A stretch of DNA of 64,000 nucleotides from Ylistrum balloti (GCF_031769215.1 NW_026782608.1:682001-746000); one strand, 5' to 3'; shown: positions 1 to 13,040, counted from the stretch's first letter. A program made the numbers and translations. Notes: generated from the letters alone by a model not told the origin.

Positions 1-201
1 GCCCAAATAGTAATCTCCAACACAAAGCTAAAATATTATCCTGAAAAAAAATGAAACCCCACATTGTCCACTTTAACATGACAGGACCAATTTTAGCAAG
101 GATTTTTTTTCATTCCTGATTAAAACTTTCATATATAATGGGGTAATCTAATGAGCAAAAAAATCACCCATGGCCACACTGAAAAACTGTGTACTGCTAC
201 C
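1..201 (-). repeat. Dispersed repeat, copy 1 (inverted relative to 62325-62499)
   Basis: The reverse complement of 1-201 aligns with 62325-62499: GGTAGCAGTAC...GTGGCCATGG...CATTAG.TTACCCCATTAT...TAGCTTTGTGTT.GAGATTACTATTTGGGC. It is truncated by the window edge. Confidence 0.8.
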
Positions 202-434
202 ATAATGAATGTTTATACACTAAGGCTATGGTTAAAGATAATAAATCCTATACCACGCTTATCTATTAGTCATTTCTAAATTTATATCAACCAAGATAGA
301 ATTGTACATCTGTGTGATAGAACAGCTCAACATGAGTACAGATGAGCAATTGCTTATTTAGTCGTTATCCTATCATCTGCACATGAGAACACTGTGCGGA
401 CATCATGTAACATTCTGCGATCCCACAACTGTAC

Positions 435-750
435 AAAACTGAGACCCATTTCACCCAAGGATGCTTCAGACAAAATTTGAACAAAAAGCATCATTCTTAC
501 TGAGGAAGAAGGGTTTGAAAGACCATGCTAAATTTCCAATATTGGACCCTGCCTCTCAAGTCCCTGAGGTTCCAAACACATCATTTACACAAAATTAGTT
601 CCACTGCCCTCAAAGATGATTCTGGTCAAAACATGGCGAGATGTTTTTGATCAGTCACACTTTATAGAAATTGACAGGTGACAGATGGACGTTGGGTGCT
701 GTGCTAATACCATTAGCTCACAAGGCCTTTTGGGTCAAGTTAGCCAAAAA
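435..750 (+). mobile_element. Helentron/HINE-like non-autonomous element fragment (satellite-like body plus 3' hairpin end)
   Basis: Body CCCATTTCACCCAAGGATGCTT...GAGGAAGAAG resembles bivalve satellite monomers. It ends GACAGATGGACG...TAGCTCACAAGGCCTTTTGGGTCAAGTTAGCCAAAAA, a degenerate terminal hairpin followed by an A-run. Confidence 0.55.
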
Positions 751-1670
751 GCATCAAAAGAATGAATAATTCCTTTTATCATATTTTATTCTCAAATAAC
801 ACGTTTTAAAATCACCACAACAATGTTTTTGTAGCATATAAATTTAGGTGCAAACTTAAGATTTGTGTGAAGGAATATGAATATGCTGTAAATTGAATTG
901 AACACATTCAAATAATTTCATGATGTGATATTTAAATACTATGTACAATGATAAATGACAATGTGATCAGTGACATTCAGTAACCAGCTGTCAGAGTACA
1001 TTCAACTTCAGTAAACATTTTACAACACAAGACGGGAAACAGGATGGTGATTGTGAAAGTGTTTATATGCCTACCACTGTGTAACCATGGTCCCATATTT
1101 CATCAACAAACTTGATAGACCAAGGAATCTATGAAAAACTCTGAAAAATTGTGTTCCTAACATTTATTTATTTATACTGATAAGAAAATTGAGTTTTCAC
1201 CATATCACTTTAAAAATGCCCATGAAAATAATCTATGAAATGAGTTTATAGCCATACTTTCCTATTTTACATGTGTAATGTAATACTTTGACAATGACAG
1301 CGTCCCTGCCGACGTCTATGATCAGGAGTGATTCATACATATCAGCCACATGCACTTTTGACAGCAATGCATCATAGCAACGACTGGATTTTAACAGGGA
1401 CTGGAAATTTTCCAATTCATTACAACAAAAAACACAATTTCATATTGACTTAATTGACAAACATATGAATAATTAAGAAAGTCTGTTCCTTTGTGGAAAA
1501 TTTATCCAAATATTTGATGAAGTTGAGGACAGACTCCACTAACAGGACAGACACACTCAAGTCAAACACAGGCTTCCCTCTACACACAGAAATATATCAT
1601 CAGAAGCACAACCTATCACCTTGGTCCTCTTCTTAATTTGCCTTCAAATATTTGTTGTTAAACAGTTAGT

Positions 1671-2808
1671 TTAGTATTCATACAGCTTTGTCCTGTGTAT
1701 ATCTCTATCTGGACATTCACGGTTTCTGTTGTAGTAATAAAAGAACCCATCAACTTTTCTGGTCAGCTTCTTGATGTATCCATTGTGTGGCCATCTTTCT
1801 ATAGGCGGCTGCAACAGAAAATGTTCTACATTCAATAAAAATTCTAAATTGTTGCCTGTGAAAAAGCAAGGAATTTCAAAGCAAAATTGAAACTAAAAAT
1901 ATATCAATGTGACCTGTCACAACAAAGCAGTGAAATGATAAAGAATGTTCTGCATTTTGTTCAATTCAAATTAAAACATTTGCACTAACAAGATATCCAG
2001 GAGGGATTTGGCGCCCACCATTGTTTGATCTTTATTTGCTCTTTGAAAGTTGGATATTTTCTCTCAATTCTCTTCTCTGTTTTTGCTCTTAATGATAAGA
2101 AATTTGAACATTCCTTTGCAGAAATAGTGATGATAATCTTTTGCTGCCAAATCCAAGATGGTTGTCTAAAAGCTATTTTGTTGGGGTTTTTTTCTGATCA
2201 GTCTTAAAATAAAATGGGCACAAGTAGAGACTAAAGGGAAGATGAAAATTGAGAGAGGTCCATTCAGTAGTTCTTGAGAAAAAGAGATAACAATCTTAAC
2301 TAGGAGAAATCCAAAATAGCTGCCTGTCAGTCATTTTGTGTTTCTGATCTGTCCCAAACTCAAACTGGCACTTACTTTAATTTAAATGTGAACCGAGTTA
2401 TATATACATATGGATAACTGAATTTGTATTTTTGTCTGTCACAATTCATAATTGTTTTTCATCCTGCTTACGAAATTCAAGTTCCTTTCCTTTCATTTCA
2501 TGTAGTTAATTCTAAATAGCAAGTTTAAAAAAAAATTTCAAGTTTTTATTACAATTTTGCAAATAAGAACACTGTTATTTTATCTATATGACAGGGTGGA
2601 TTTGTTTCCATTTGATTTAGTTACCAAAAAGAATGGATGTTTGAAAATATGATCACATAAACAAGACTTGTTTAACACTTACAGCATTGGTTCCTAGTGT
2701 CTGGTACTCAACTGCATCCCGCCAGCCAGCCTTTTGAAACCTATAGGCCTCTTCCACCGCCTCGTCCCAGTGTTTGGGTCGAGTCATTTTGACGGGTTGT
2801 GCTGTCAT
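1671..2808 (-). CDS. MEIG1: Meiosis-expressed gene 1 protein (87 aa, 2 coding exons)
   Basis: Exons 2808-2683 ([42 protein letters not shown], donor GTAAGT) and 1808-1671 (acceptor TGTTGCAG; [45 protein letters not shown]), phase 0. The W..E.E..YRFQ.AG.RD..EY and RWP..GY.KKL.R....F.YYN..REC motifs and the length match MEIG1. Not present in the supplied ORF track. A probable non-coding upstream exon ends at 4443 (CAG|GTGAGT). Confidence 0.93.
1987..2390 (+). mobile_element. HINE-like element in the MEIG1 coding intron
   Basis: Starts AACAAGATATCCAGGAGGGATTTGGCGCCCACCATTG. Homologous over about 350 bp to 3257-3570, and shares GGGCACAAGTAGAGAC with the inverted copy near 41240. Confidence 0.6.
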
Positions 2809-3256
2809 TGCTGTGGCTTTCTGTCCTGTCAAAAAAATTTCATATTCATATAAATCAGTAGACTGTCATGTTAACACACTCCTTGATTCTTTCTTTTCAT
2901 TTGGACTTTTATGTATAAAACTATTTCTACTATATGTGTGATTTTCTATTCTTGATAAACTGAGTATAATGCATACCTGTCTATAAATGTCATTTGTCTG
3001 GAATTCCAATGCAACACATTTCATATCAATTGAACCTTTATTTTAAAAAAAAGGTTGTCTTACTCAGCCTTTTAATGGCAAGTTTCACTGTAAATCAACT
3101 AACAGAAATAAACTGAAGCCAGATTCCTGATAGATCTTGTGCCTACCATTGTGGGACATATTTGTACAAATGTACTAGACATGCTTGTATCTTTTTCTTT
3201 TCTTTGAAGCTCTATTGGTATTGATGATATATACAGGTACATATTTCTCTAGAAAA

Positions 3257-3640
3257 AACATCAGATCCCAGAGAGACATTGATGTCCACCATTGAATGAT
3301 CATCATTTGTGCTTTAAAGTTGGACTTTTCCCCCTCTTTCATCTCATTTACTCTTGATTATGAAATTTGGAAATTTCTCTTTAAAAAATAGCAATAGTAA
3401 TCTTTAATTGTCAAATTAAAGATGGTTGTCTGTCAGCCATTTTCACAAGAATTGTTTTAAGGGCTGATGATGGACAGAGGTTGGACACAAGGGAAAGTGA
3501 TTTGAGAAGTCCACCATCTGATACAGCAGTAATTGACTAGATTAGTGACCTGTCAGTCATTCTATTTCCTCATTGACTTCAAAATTGAATAGACACAACA
3601 TATTGGACCAAAGCAAAGGAAACCCAATGGTCAGCACATA
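3257..3640 (+). mobile_element. HINE-like element in the MEIG1 upstream intron
   Basis: AACATCAGATCCCAGAGAGACATTGATGTCCACCATTGAATGATC...AAAGTTGGA...AAGATGGTTGTCT...CCTGTCAGTCATT is collinear with 1987-2340. Confidence 0.55.
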
Positions 3641-4567
3641 TTTCTCAATACATTGTAAATAGTGATAAGGGATGATTAAGGATAGACAGATAGATTAACA
3701 GACCACAGTAAATAGTGATTTGAACAGTTCACCATTGCACCTGATGATTGTGATAAAAATAGATGCAGAAAAATCAAGTGGAGCACTATAACAACAAAGA
3801 AAATAGCCACATGTCAACAGAATCTTAATGTAAACAGACCCAGTGAAAAGTACAAGGGTAAGCATCTCCTTCCTCATTTAAAACTACTGCCATGTAAATT
3901 ATTTCTCTTAACATCAATGGAACCACCAAACAGAAATTAATTATTTCATCACAGAATTAGGTTGGTTTTCTTCAATTTAAATATCCTTGATTATATGTAG
4001 ACTTAGTGACACTTACATCCAATTTGCATTTTGTGTTGACATATACTTCTACTCTATATCATGAGCATTCCTGACACTTTCCACAGTCAATGGGTAATAC
4101 TGTGTGTACACTATGCCTGGGAAAAAGTGAGGGGGGGGGCTGGTTAACCACGTAAATGTCATCAGCATACTCTCATACTCTGACCCCCACACCACAACCA
4201 CAGACACACACAAAGAAAAAGGGGTCATATTCAATAGTAATCCCTTTTTCGGGAGTCCTCCTTGCAGCTCATTATATTGGACGTTCCAAGGAGGAATCCC
4301 AATATGATTAATTCAACAAGTGAGAATATCATACGTATAACTATATTTAGCCTGGTATAATGTTGTGGTCTCAACCATATCAAAATTTATTCAAAACATA
4401 AGTCAGCTTTATTCATGTTACATTTTGTATTTAAACACTCACCTGATGGCACCGTTGGTGTTATAAAAAAATCCACAATATTTTGTTAAACGATACTATA
4501 GGTCAAGATAAACTGATCTTCTATTCCAAACAACTTCGGTATCGTTATATGGTACAACAACAACGAT

Positions 4568-4581
4568 GTATCCACAGTAAC
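4568..4581. promoter_or_regulatory. RFX X-box-like element near the putative MEIG1 first exon
   Basis: GTATCCACAGTAAC fits GTHNYY-n2-RRNAAC (AC instead of AT in the centre). It lies about 125 bp upstream of the 4443 donor of a cilia/sperm-flagellum gene. Confidence 0.35.
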
Positions 4582-7152
4582 ATGGATATCTTTCAACAAG
4601 CTATGCCTCGCTTTAAATGAATGAAACAATGGCTGTCAGCTGTACAGTATCGATATGTAATTGATTATTACATTCGGCAATGTTCGAAGTTACACAAAGT
4701 GTAAATTTGTCAAGCAGGTCATTGTTACAAGTTTTGATACAATGAAATCAATTAAATGTACTGTATATATGCCTGTGCGTTATTTGATATCATATGCAGA
4801 TAACTCACCTAAGTATAACACTCTGTTGACACGAGTGTGTGGCTGTTAGATCGGATTTAGCTTCGCATTCAATAGACCTAACAGCAGATTGTTTTGAATC
4901 CTTTGTTGTGTTACGTTGCCAACACGAGACAACACGAAATTACCCGATTCTGATTGGTTAAAATTAAGATTCAAGGGAGGTAATAACAAATGTAGGTGAC
5001 GCGTTATATTTCCCGCTGTTACTATTGGACTTAGTAGTTCCACGGACTTTAAGACCTATACAGTATATCTAACAGAGGCTAATAACACAATCCATACTGA
5101 AGTATTTGATAAGTAAGCATAGATATATAAATGCTGAATTTCCGACACTATTTACCGAATACGATGAAGCAAACAAGGATATATATTTATATTAACATTA
5201 GATTAACTGACTTACTTTTTCATTTCGATTTTTCTAGATGATAACTACACGTATGCTCTTTCGCTATATTGAGTGTTTCCGACCGTATTTAGATAATAGC
5301 ACCACACAGAGAAACCAAAATATTCCTTTTAGGTGAATAAATACATAAGCGGTGTAGATTATTTATATAGAAAACATTCGCCTCTCCCGTGCCAAAAGGT
5401 CACAGTGGAGAAAAGGGGGAGGGGGCGCAATATTTACGTTCAATTCAGGCAGTCAGTCGTATAGTCCCTTCAAGACGATATACAAATGTAGCATGTTAAA
5501 TGTAAATGCAAATAAATAGTCCTGTCCCTGTGCTGGAAAAAAAATAAAACTCTACATGTTTATTTAATTACAACATATATTTTCTTTTTTAATTGTCATG
5601 CAATCAAACATAGTCGAATTTGCAGTCTAAAAGCGGGAAAATACATTTGAAGAGTAATGAGTATTTTTTGTGCATTTATCTAGGTAGTATAGTGTAATGT
5701 AGTGAAAAATATTGAACTACCAAAATATCTCAAGAACGTGTTTAATTTGACGATAGCGGCTCTTGTTGTCATTTCGAACTATTCACAATACGCTGTAAAC
5801 AGATTAAGCGCGTGATATTACGATCCTCGATTTGATTTTTATACATCACTTAAGGTACATTGACGTACCGGAATAGCCATCAGATCTCATCAATTACGGT
5901 GATTTCGTGTAATTTTATATGCAAATTGAACATACTGACATATGTATTTCTGAAAGCTGTGATTTAGAAAATGAAGTATTTAAAAAAAATATATAATACC
6001 CATTTGTGTATGTGTATCACTTTTTGAAAATATTTTGCTGAAATAACTTACGTTTGTGATGAAGTTGTAATGGTGAACTTCCTCAATTACAAGTTGGCCC
6101 GAAGAGAATACAAAATGGCCATGTCAAGATTGTGAACAAAAAAAGTCTTTATTCTGATTATCAGACGATTTTGACAATATCCATCATAAAATGGAGATTT
6201 ATATAAAACCAATTTAAAGGAGTACTGTGGTGATATTTATTTAAGTTTACTGTAGATCACATGTAGATTGAAGCTGTTTAGCTTTGGTGTAGAGACAATA
6301 TATTAAAGCGCTTTAAGCTATAAAAATTAGGAAAATATTTTGCACTTAACAGAACCCATACATTCTCAGGCGTTGCTCTAGAATCGCTGTTTCATTTCAT
6401 AATGTTTGTAAACTATCAGCTAGATGAAGGTAATTGATTTCTTAAGACTTTCGTTCAGTTCGTACAACATGAACAGCTGTATTTGCGCTTCAAACCCTTA
6501 TTTTATTTCAGTTCTGTTCTTTCGGATCAAACGAAACTATTTTTTTAAGTACAGGATTCTTTTGCTTTTCGTTTTTTTTTTTTTTTGTACCTGTTAACGT
6601 CGTCTTTCAACGCTATCTGGTTCCATTTTCATATGGTTTTAAGTCATTCTCCTTTGTAGTATCATTCAATTCAAATTCCTACATTTTCATTTAGAATTAT
6701 TCGTGATCATAAAATACTTTTCTGTTACAGTTCTGTAGCAATGGTAGACACCAGGTGTTGGACACCTTTGCTCAAGTACATTTTTTATCATTCTTTCCGG
6801 CATAAGTATCACCCAATGGTATTTGAGTTGTCATATGGCACACGAGATCCTGAAAAAATTACATATTTGTCATCACTCATAGTATTTAAACAGGAAAGTT
6901 ATGACCTTCAACCTTGGAGACTGATATTGCTGGAATTCTGTGGTGTCTTACAGCCGGAGTTATTGCCTTGGTTTGTTCCATCGTTGACCAGCATTCTTCA
7001 CCTAATTCACATTTTCGGATGTCTCCCATTACACCATTCAAGCAAATCACTTCTTTACAAGAATTAAGTGTACACTTATTGGTATTATGTAAACCCGCAT
7101 TTTAACCATTGTGTCATTGTGACCGATCTCGTCCACTGATAGTGACATGTCG

Positions 7153-7536
7153 TTCATTAAAATAGAAGTTATTATAACAAAGCCGATAGAAGATTAAAGT
7201 ATGGCTGGTAACATGGACACCTTCATCAGACAAATGACCAATGAGGAACACACTTACACTGACGTACGCAGTGTACAAGATGGTAAGGAATCGGCCCACA
7301 TTTTGGGCTGTACTATAATCATATGTGCACTAAGGTCGAAAATAGTGTGACGAGATGGTAAACAGATTATAGACCAAAAATAGACAAGAGGGTAACAATG
7401 TACTGTGATCAATTCGGCTACGCTTTGCTCAACACTTGGTCATATAAATGTGCGAGAGTATGAGACCCCCTCGTCCCTGTTTAGTCACACTCTAATCTTC
7501 TACTGGTTGTGCTTGAAGAACTTCTATTCTATTGAA
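7153..7536. repeat. Imperfect inverted repeat (54-bp arms), decayed MITE/foldback-like
   Basis: 7153-7206 versus the reverse complement of 7483-7536 gives 41/54 identities by manual count; spacer 276 bp. Confidence 0.6.
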
Positions 7537-9208
7537 ATTACCAACATGAAAAATATTCCAAAAAATGTTGAACTACTAGTATTGTTTTTTATCTGTTAAA
7601 TCATTCTTCAGCCATTGCTACTGTTGTATTCTCGACTTTCACTTCTTGTGATTAGATAATCAAGTTTCCAAACGAAATGGTGCGACGCCAACATTACGCA
7701 GACCTGGCCCTGGTTGCTCAAAGGTTAATTAGAGTTAAACAGTGGTTTATAAAATTTCAAATTGCTGCCACTGAACAAACAAGAGTGTTAAACGCAAAAT
7801 TAACACTCAAAATACATCCATTTGAACTGTCTAAACAAATGTACAGTCATAAAATGACTAATGATGTTCTCAATTTTGTTTCATTAACGTTTGAAAATTT
7901 TCACTAATCACTGGTTATCTCTAACCAGCCTTTAAACAACCAGACAGTAATATTATGACGTCTGTGATGTGTATCAGGACCTATATATTTGATAATATTA
8001 TGACATATATGTAATGTATATTACAATGTATATTTGTGATCAAAGACATGCACATGCGCACACGTTTCAGACTGACCACTTAAACCCTCCCCATCGTCTC
8101 TGTGTTGCTAAATTCCTAAATGAACAAAGAAGTTTGCATGATATCCTGGGCCTCTCATTCCCTCTTATACTGCCCTCTACCTTGATCCGCAGTTGAATTG
8201 ATATGACACCAAAATAGCTGTGTTTACTTTGACTAATGGGTGCGGTAAGGGCTAAACCTTATCAGTTACAATGTGATCAAAACACGACGGGTTACAGGTG
8301 TGTACACCGTTATCGACGACATAACAGGAATACAAGCCCGAAGTAGACGAGATAGGAAGAGACATTAAAATCAATCTAAGTCTAGCATCATTAGCTTCAA
8401 GGAACCGACACACCTCACAGCCCTCCGCTTACACTCAGGTATACATCATAGAACTTTGCTTTCCAAACCTCGAGGGCATGAACATCGTTTTTGCCTGCTT
8501 CTCCTTATTATATTCTTCTTTCGCCGCCGATTCTCAAATACAAATAGATAGGATTTGACTAAATTTCACATGAGTGGTGTGCAAGAGCTTTTTCTTTTCC
8601 TTCAACGGTCATCTGACCGGTCAAACGCGGCATTTGATTGGTCATAATTTAGATACTGTCCGATTTCCATGAAAATAGGTATGTATACGTAAAGGTGACA
8701 TACGTTTTCTAGTTGGACAAGCTGACCGTCACATCCTGATTGACTGACATTTAGATGTATTCTGATTACATTTAATGTTAGAAGAAAACTGGTATATAAG
8801 TATTGTCTGACATCATACTGATGGAGTCCGATATCGGATTTAAGGAAATGGAATGAGTTTCTTATTTGTTTGATGTTTACATATTATCCGATCATGAAAA
8901 TCGATACATTAGTGCTGTCTGACAAAATGACTGTCCTCCTACTGACATCAAGTACAACTGCGGGGGTGTTTAGTGGACATTTGTGTTGGTCACTGATACA
9001 ATAAGTACATTTTTTTAATGTTTATTAGTATTAGAGGGAAAACCCAGTTTTGTGATGACTGATGAGGTAAAACAAACCTAATTTTACATGGGAATGAATT
9101 AAATGAAAATATTTCATTCGTGGCTGTTTTTTGTCATCATTGCGAAAATAATATTCTTCTAATATTTCTCTATATTGGTTTCTTGGTAGGGGATCACATC
9201 CAGCGACC

Positions 9209-12105
9209 ATGAACTTTGCTGTCTTCTTTATACTTTTAACTGTGACCTTTGCCGATGTACATAATGACCTCTTGTCGACCTTGAACTTCCTTCACGAAAG
9301 CGCAGCTTACCAGGCCCTTCCACCGGAACTGAAAGGTCTGACGGAAGAACTAGCATCCACGGCTCAGACGGGTCAACTAACAGCTTATATTGACAAGGTC
9401 GGCTTCTCGTCTGTCCTCAGCCTCCTTAGACGTAAGTTCATCTGGTGCCAAGTATTTTGTTAACTTATGTTGTTAATTTTATAGGAGGTAGTTCGTCTTT
9501 TATATTCAAAACGTTAACTTTGTGAAATTTGACCATGCTATTTTAATGCTCGGTGAAATGTGTTGAAAAAAATTACAATGCCAGGTCGAAACCTAGACTC
9601 CATTGGAATTGAATGTGTGACAAAGTAATACTTATATTCCTGTTATTTTTGTGTCTTTGACAGACTTACCCGTCGATGAAGCTCACGATGTAGAAGACTA
9701 TCTCCTAAAGGTGAACTGACACATTACTTTATGATGCTATTTTTGCACTTTATTACAGCGTTTGGCCGCTATAATACTAAAATGCTATACAGTGTTCCTG
9801 AAAACAACATACACGATATGAAAAGCTACACAGTGACATAAACAAGAAATCTATATGAAGACGGTGAAACAAAGATGCCTTGATAAGTAGAAAAAATGTT
9901 TCATAATGTGCATTATTATCCAATGAATAGGTCCTAACAGACGAGAGCATCGCCTTTCTACAAGCACAACAAGCTGCATCTACCGCCAGTACACAGAGCC
10001 CTCCAGCAACAGACAGAATGGTATTCCTTACAGTCTTTCTCTCTCATACCAGACTATTCATTTAGTCACGTTTAGACTTAATCTCCTTATTTACACCTTT
10101 ATTTACTGCCATTTTCAATATAAACTTGTTTTCCATTCAAGAAAAGGTCGTTGCGGTCAAAATCCGATTCATATCTGCATAATCTGGAGTCCACTAACGC
10201 ATATCAGAGTCTGCCACAGGAGTACAAGGGCGTGCTCAAGTCCCTTCTGACCGCCGCCTACTCCAACACCCTTACCCAGTTCATAGGAAACGACGTGAAC
10301 ATCCTTCCCAGACTCCTTCATCGTACGTAATCACTTCATACTGTATGAAGTTATAATATGTTTTGTTAACTTGATTTTACATGAATACCAAATGTTCTTA
10401 TTTACACATTATGCGATCCGGAAATGAACTTTGAACTGGATTCTAAATCTTATTTCACTTACAATGCTTGATCCTCACTGAACAAATTAAGGTTATATTA
10501 TGTGTACATGCAAGGTTAACTTTGGCAACAAAAGAAGCATAGATACAGCACCTGTTGTAGTAAATCACAATGTATTACGGACACTGAAGACAGTTGTAGA
10601 ATCGTCTTCCTTTACCTGGCATGTTTTCTAATATCCATACAGGTAAGAGGATAATAACGCTATTTTGAATTTTATAAAAAGTAAACAAGGATTTCGTAAT
10701 ATTAAGACCGTTGATTAAGATTATTATCAGTGTTTAACAAAGGGATATGAATTTGTTGACTCCAGACCTGCGTGGGTAAGGTCCTTTAAGTATTCCTGAT
10801 GAAGACTTATTTGGACATATTCACTAGTGTGTGGACGGTGTGGATTTTTCATAGTTCACATATTTCTATTTTACGGTGAATATTTCGTATTATATTAAAA
10901 TGTTTTGTCTTGGTCCCAAGTCTGGTCAAGACTATTATTTTCGTATGGTATAATGTTTCTGTAGGTTCCATGTCTGGTCGCAAGTTAAACATTTGCATGA
11001 TCAAATGATCTTTTAGGTCTCATATCTATCAAGGAATACTACTTTTGTACGATAAAATATTTTGTGTTCGTCTCTGTCTGCCCATTGGTGATACTCTTTT
11101 ACATTAAGATGTTTTGTGTCGGCCCCGTATCTGGAACAGGTTATTTACGGTAATTATAAGAACACATCAAAATCGACATAGAAGCAAATATGATCACTGT
11201 ACGTATCTGGCTTCTGTCACTCTCACAGCACGTGCAAGTAGTAAGACATGCAGTAACAAATACTCATCACCTGTAGTCAGACACCAGATCTCTTCAATAA
11301 AATAAATTTAGATAATAACCACCACTTCATGCAAGCTGAAAACTATATCATTAAACTGTTAAACACTTATATAGGTAGTGTTCGCACGTACATCACCTGC
11401 TGCCATACTTGACATACTCTTACACAAAAAACCATCGCATCCATCCACAATGTTAATGTATATTCAGGACTGGATAATATAAACATATAATATTATTTGT
11501 TGTTTTCTGTCTTCATTGCCTATATATATGGTATCTGCTGTATCTATACAATTGTAACTAGCTACTTTTCGTTACAGATATGAACCCAGGATTAGCCCGT
11601 CGACTCAATGCTTACTTTATACAGGTATGTACAGATATGTGGTAAGGATAACTTGTAACATAAAGAACTTGCCAAAGTACACATGCTTGGCACCAAGATA
11701 CACATGAAGAAAAGATTAGATGAATTCTTCCTAAACAATACAAAAGATTGAAAAATGTGTGAAATACATTGTTATTTTGTATTTACAAACTGTTAAATAC
11801 CACACTCTCTCTGTCTATCTCCCACCTCTCTCTCTCACTCTCTCTCTCTTAATCAAAAATGATATTAAATTATTATTTTGAGACATCTTGAAATGTATAT
11901 ATGCAATTGATTTTGTCTGTTATTGTAATTTGTGCCCAATTCTTTTCCTTTAAGGCAATAAAATATGTTTAAATTAAATACATCGTTAATGAAAGTTATT
12001 AATTTCTTTTAATTGCATCACAATGCACCTATATCCTTACAAAAATTATCAATTTTTCAGCAATTGCGGACAGAGGCGCAACAACATGATGACGATGACG
12101 ACTAG
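9209..12105 (+). CDS. Uncharacterised secreted protein, 210 aa, two tandem homologous helical modules, C-terminal poly-Asp
   Basis: Exons 9209-9431, 9664-9710, 9931-10020, 10142-10322, 11578-11624, 12061-12105; all GT-AG, phases 1,0,0,1,0, 633 nt open to TAG. Signal peptide MNFAVFFILLTVTFA. Modules AYQALPPELKG and AYQSLPQEYKG; ends QHDDDDD*. AATAAA at 12286-12291. Confidence 0.85.
11804..11850. repeat. Imperfect (CT)n microsatellite
   Basis: CACTCTCTCTGTCTATCTCCCACCTCTCTCTCTCACTCTCTCTCTCT in the last intron of the secreted-protein gene. Confidence 0.6.
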
Positions 12106-12861
12106 AGGACTAGTGATGAAAAATGAAATTTAAACTGTTTGAAGATTTATTTACATTATGAATGATATTACGTAATAAGTAAATGTTGATTCACCTCACG
12201 TGATAGACTAGATAAAATATCGCGTACTTAATGACAGGATGGACAGTTTGTCCACTACAGCTTATTTACAAGTTTATTGATACCTAATAAACATTTGTAG
12301 AATTGTCACAGGGGATACAATCGTTTTAAGTTCCCAATACTCTCTATAGAACAGGAATGAGGACATAGATCGAATGGATAGTGCATTGTCAGCATGATTT
12401 TTCATGAATCCTGTAACTCTATACCATTTTTTAAACATAACTCTATTTTCTATAAATTAATCTGCGAAAATGTTTGTTCGATCTGCATTTGTAGGGAAAG
12501 CAATCTTGTTTATAATCGGTGTTTGATCTAAATTGTAAAGGATTAAGAAGACACACAAGTGAATAGCACGTTTTTATACAAAATTGTAATACAGTAGAAC
12601 TAAGTGATATAGGTTAAAGCTAAAGTTTATCGCTGTATCAAATTGATAATTGAATAACAACGAGAATACTTTTCAGTGATATCTTATCAAATATGCATGT
12701 AAACTTACGAATATTACAAACAGAAGAAAGGAAATATATGCTAAATGTCTGTTTTGAAATTTAATATTAATATCCCGTTATGTGATGTAGTTAGTATGCC
12801 TTTCGATGAAGGTCACAGCTACCTATATTTTAAAGACAGGAGCCTTCTAGACACAAGATAA

Positions 12862-13040
12862 GTTTGTTTGTTGATTTGATTGCTTGCTTGCTCGGGTTAT
12901 TGCCCTACGTACAACCAGGGTCATTTCGAGGTGGAGTGCCCTTGTAACAGCTAGCAGCTACTTCATGGAACAACATGTGAGAGGCACGTCGCATGCCATC
13001 CGGAACAGTTGGGAAACACTGTCTTGCCCAAGGACACAAC
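12862..13040 (-). mobile_element. CORE-type tRNA-SINE 3' fragment
   Basis: On the minus strand it reads GTTGTGTCCTTGGGCAAGACAG (CORE-domain signature) and ends in a (CAAG/CAAA)n tail. Confidence 0.55.
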
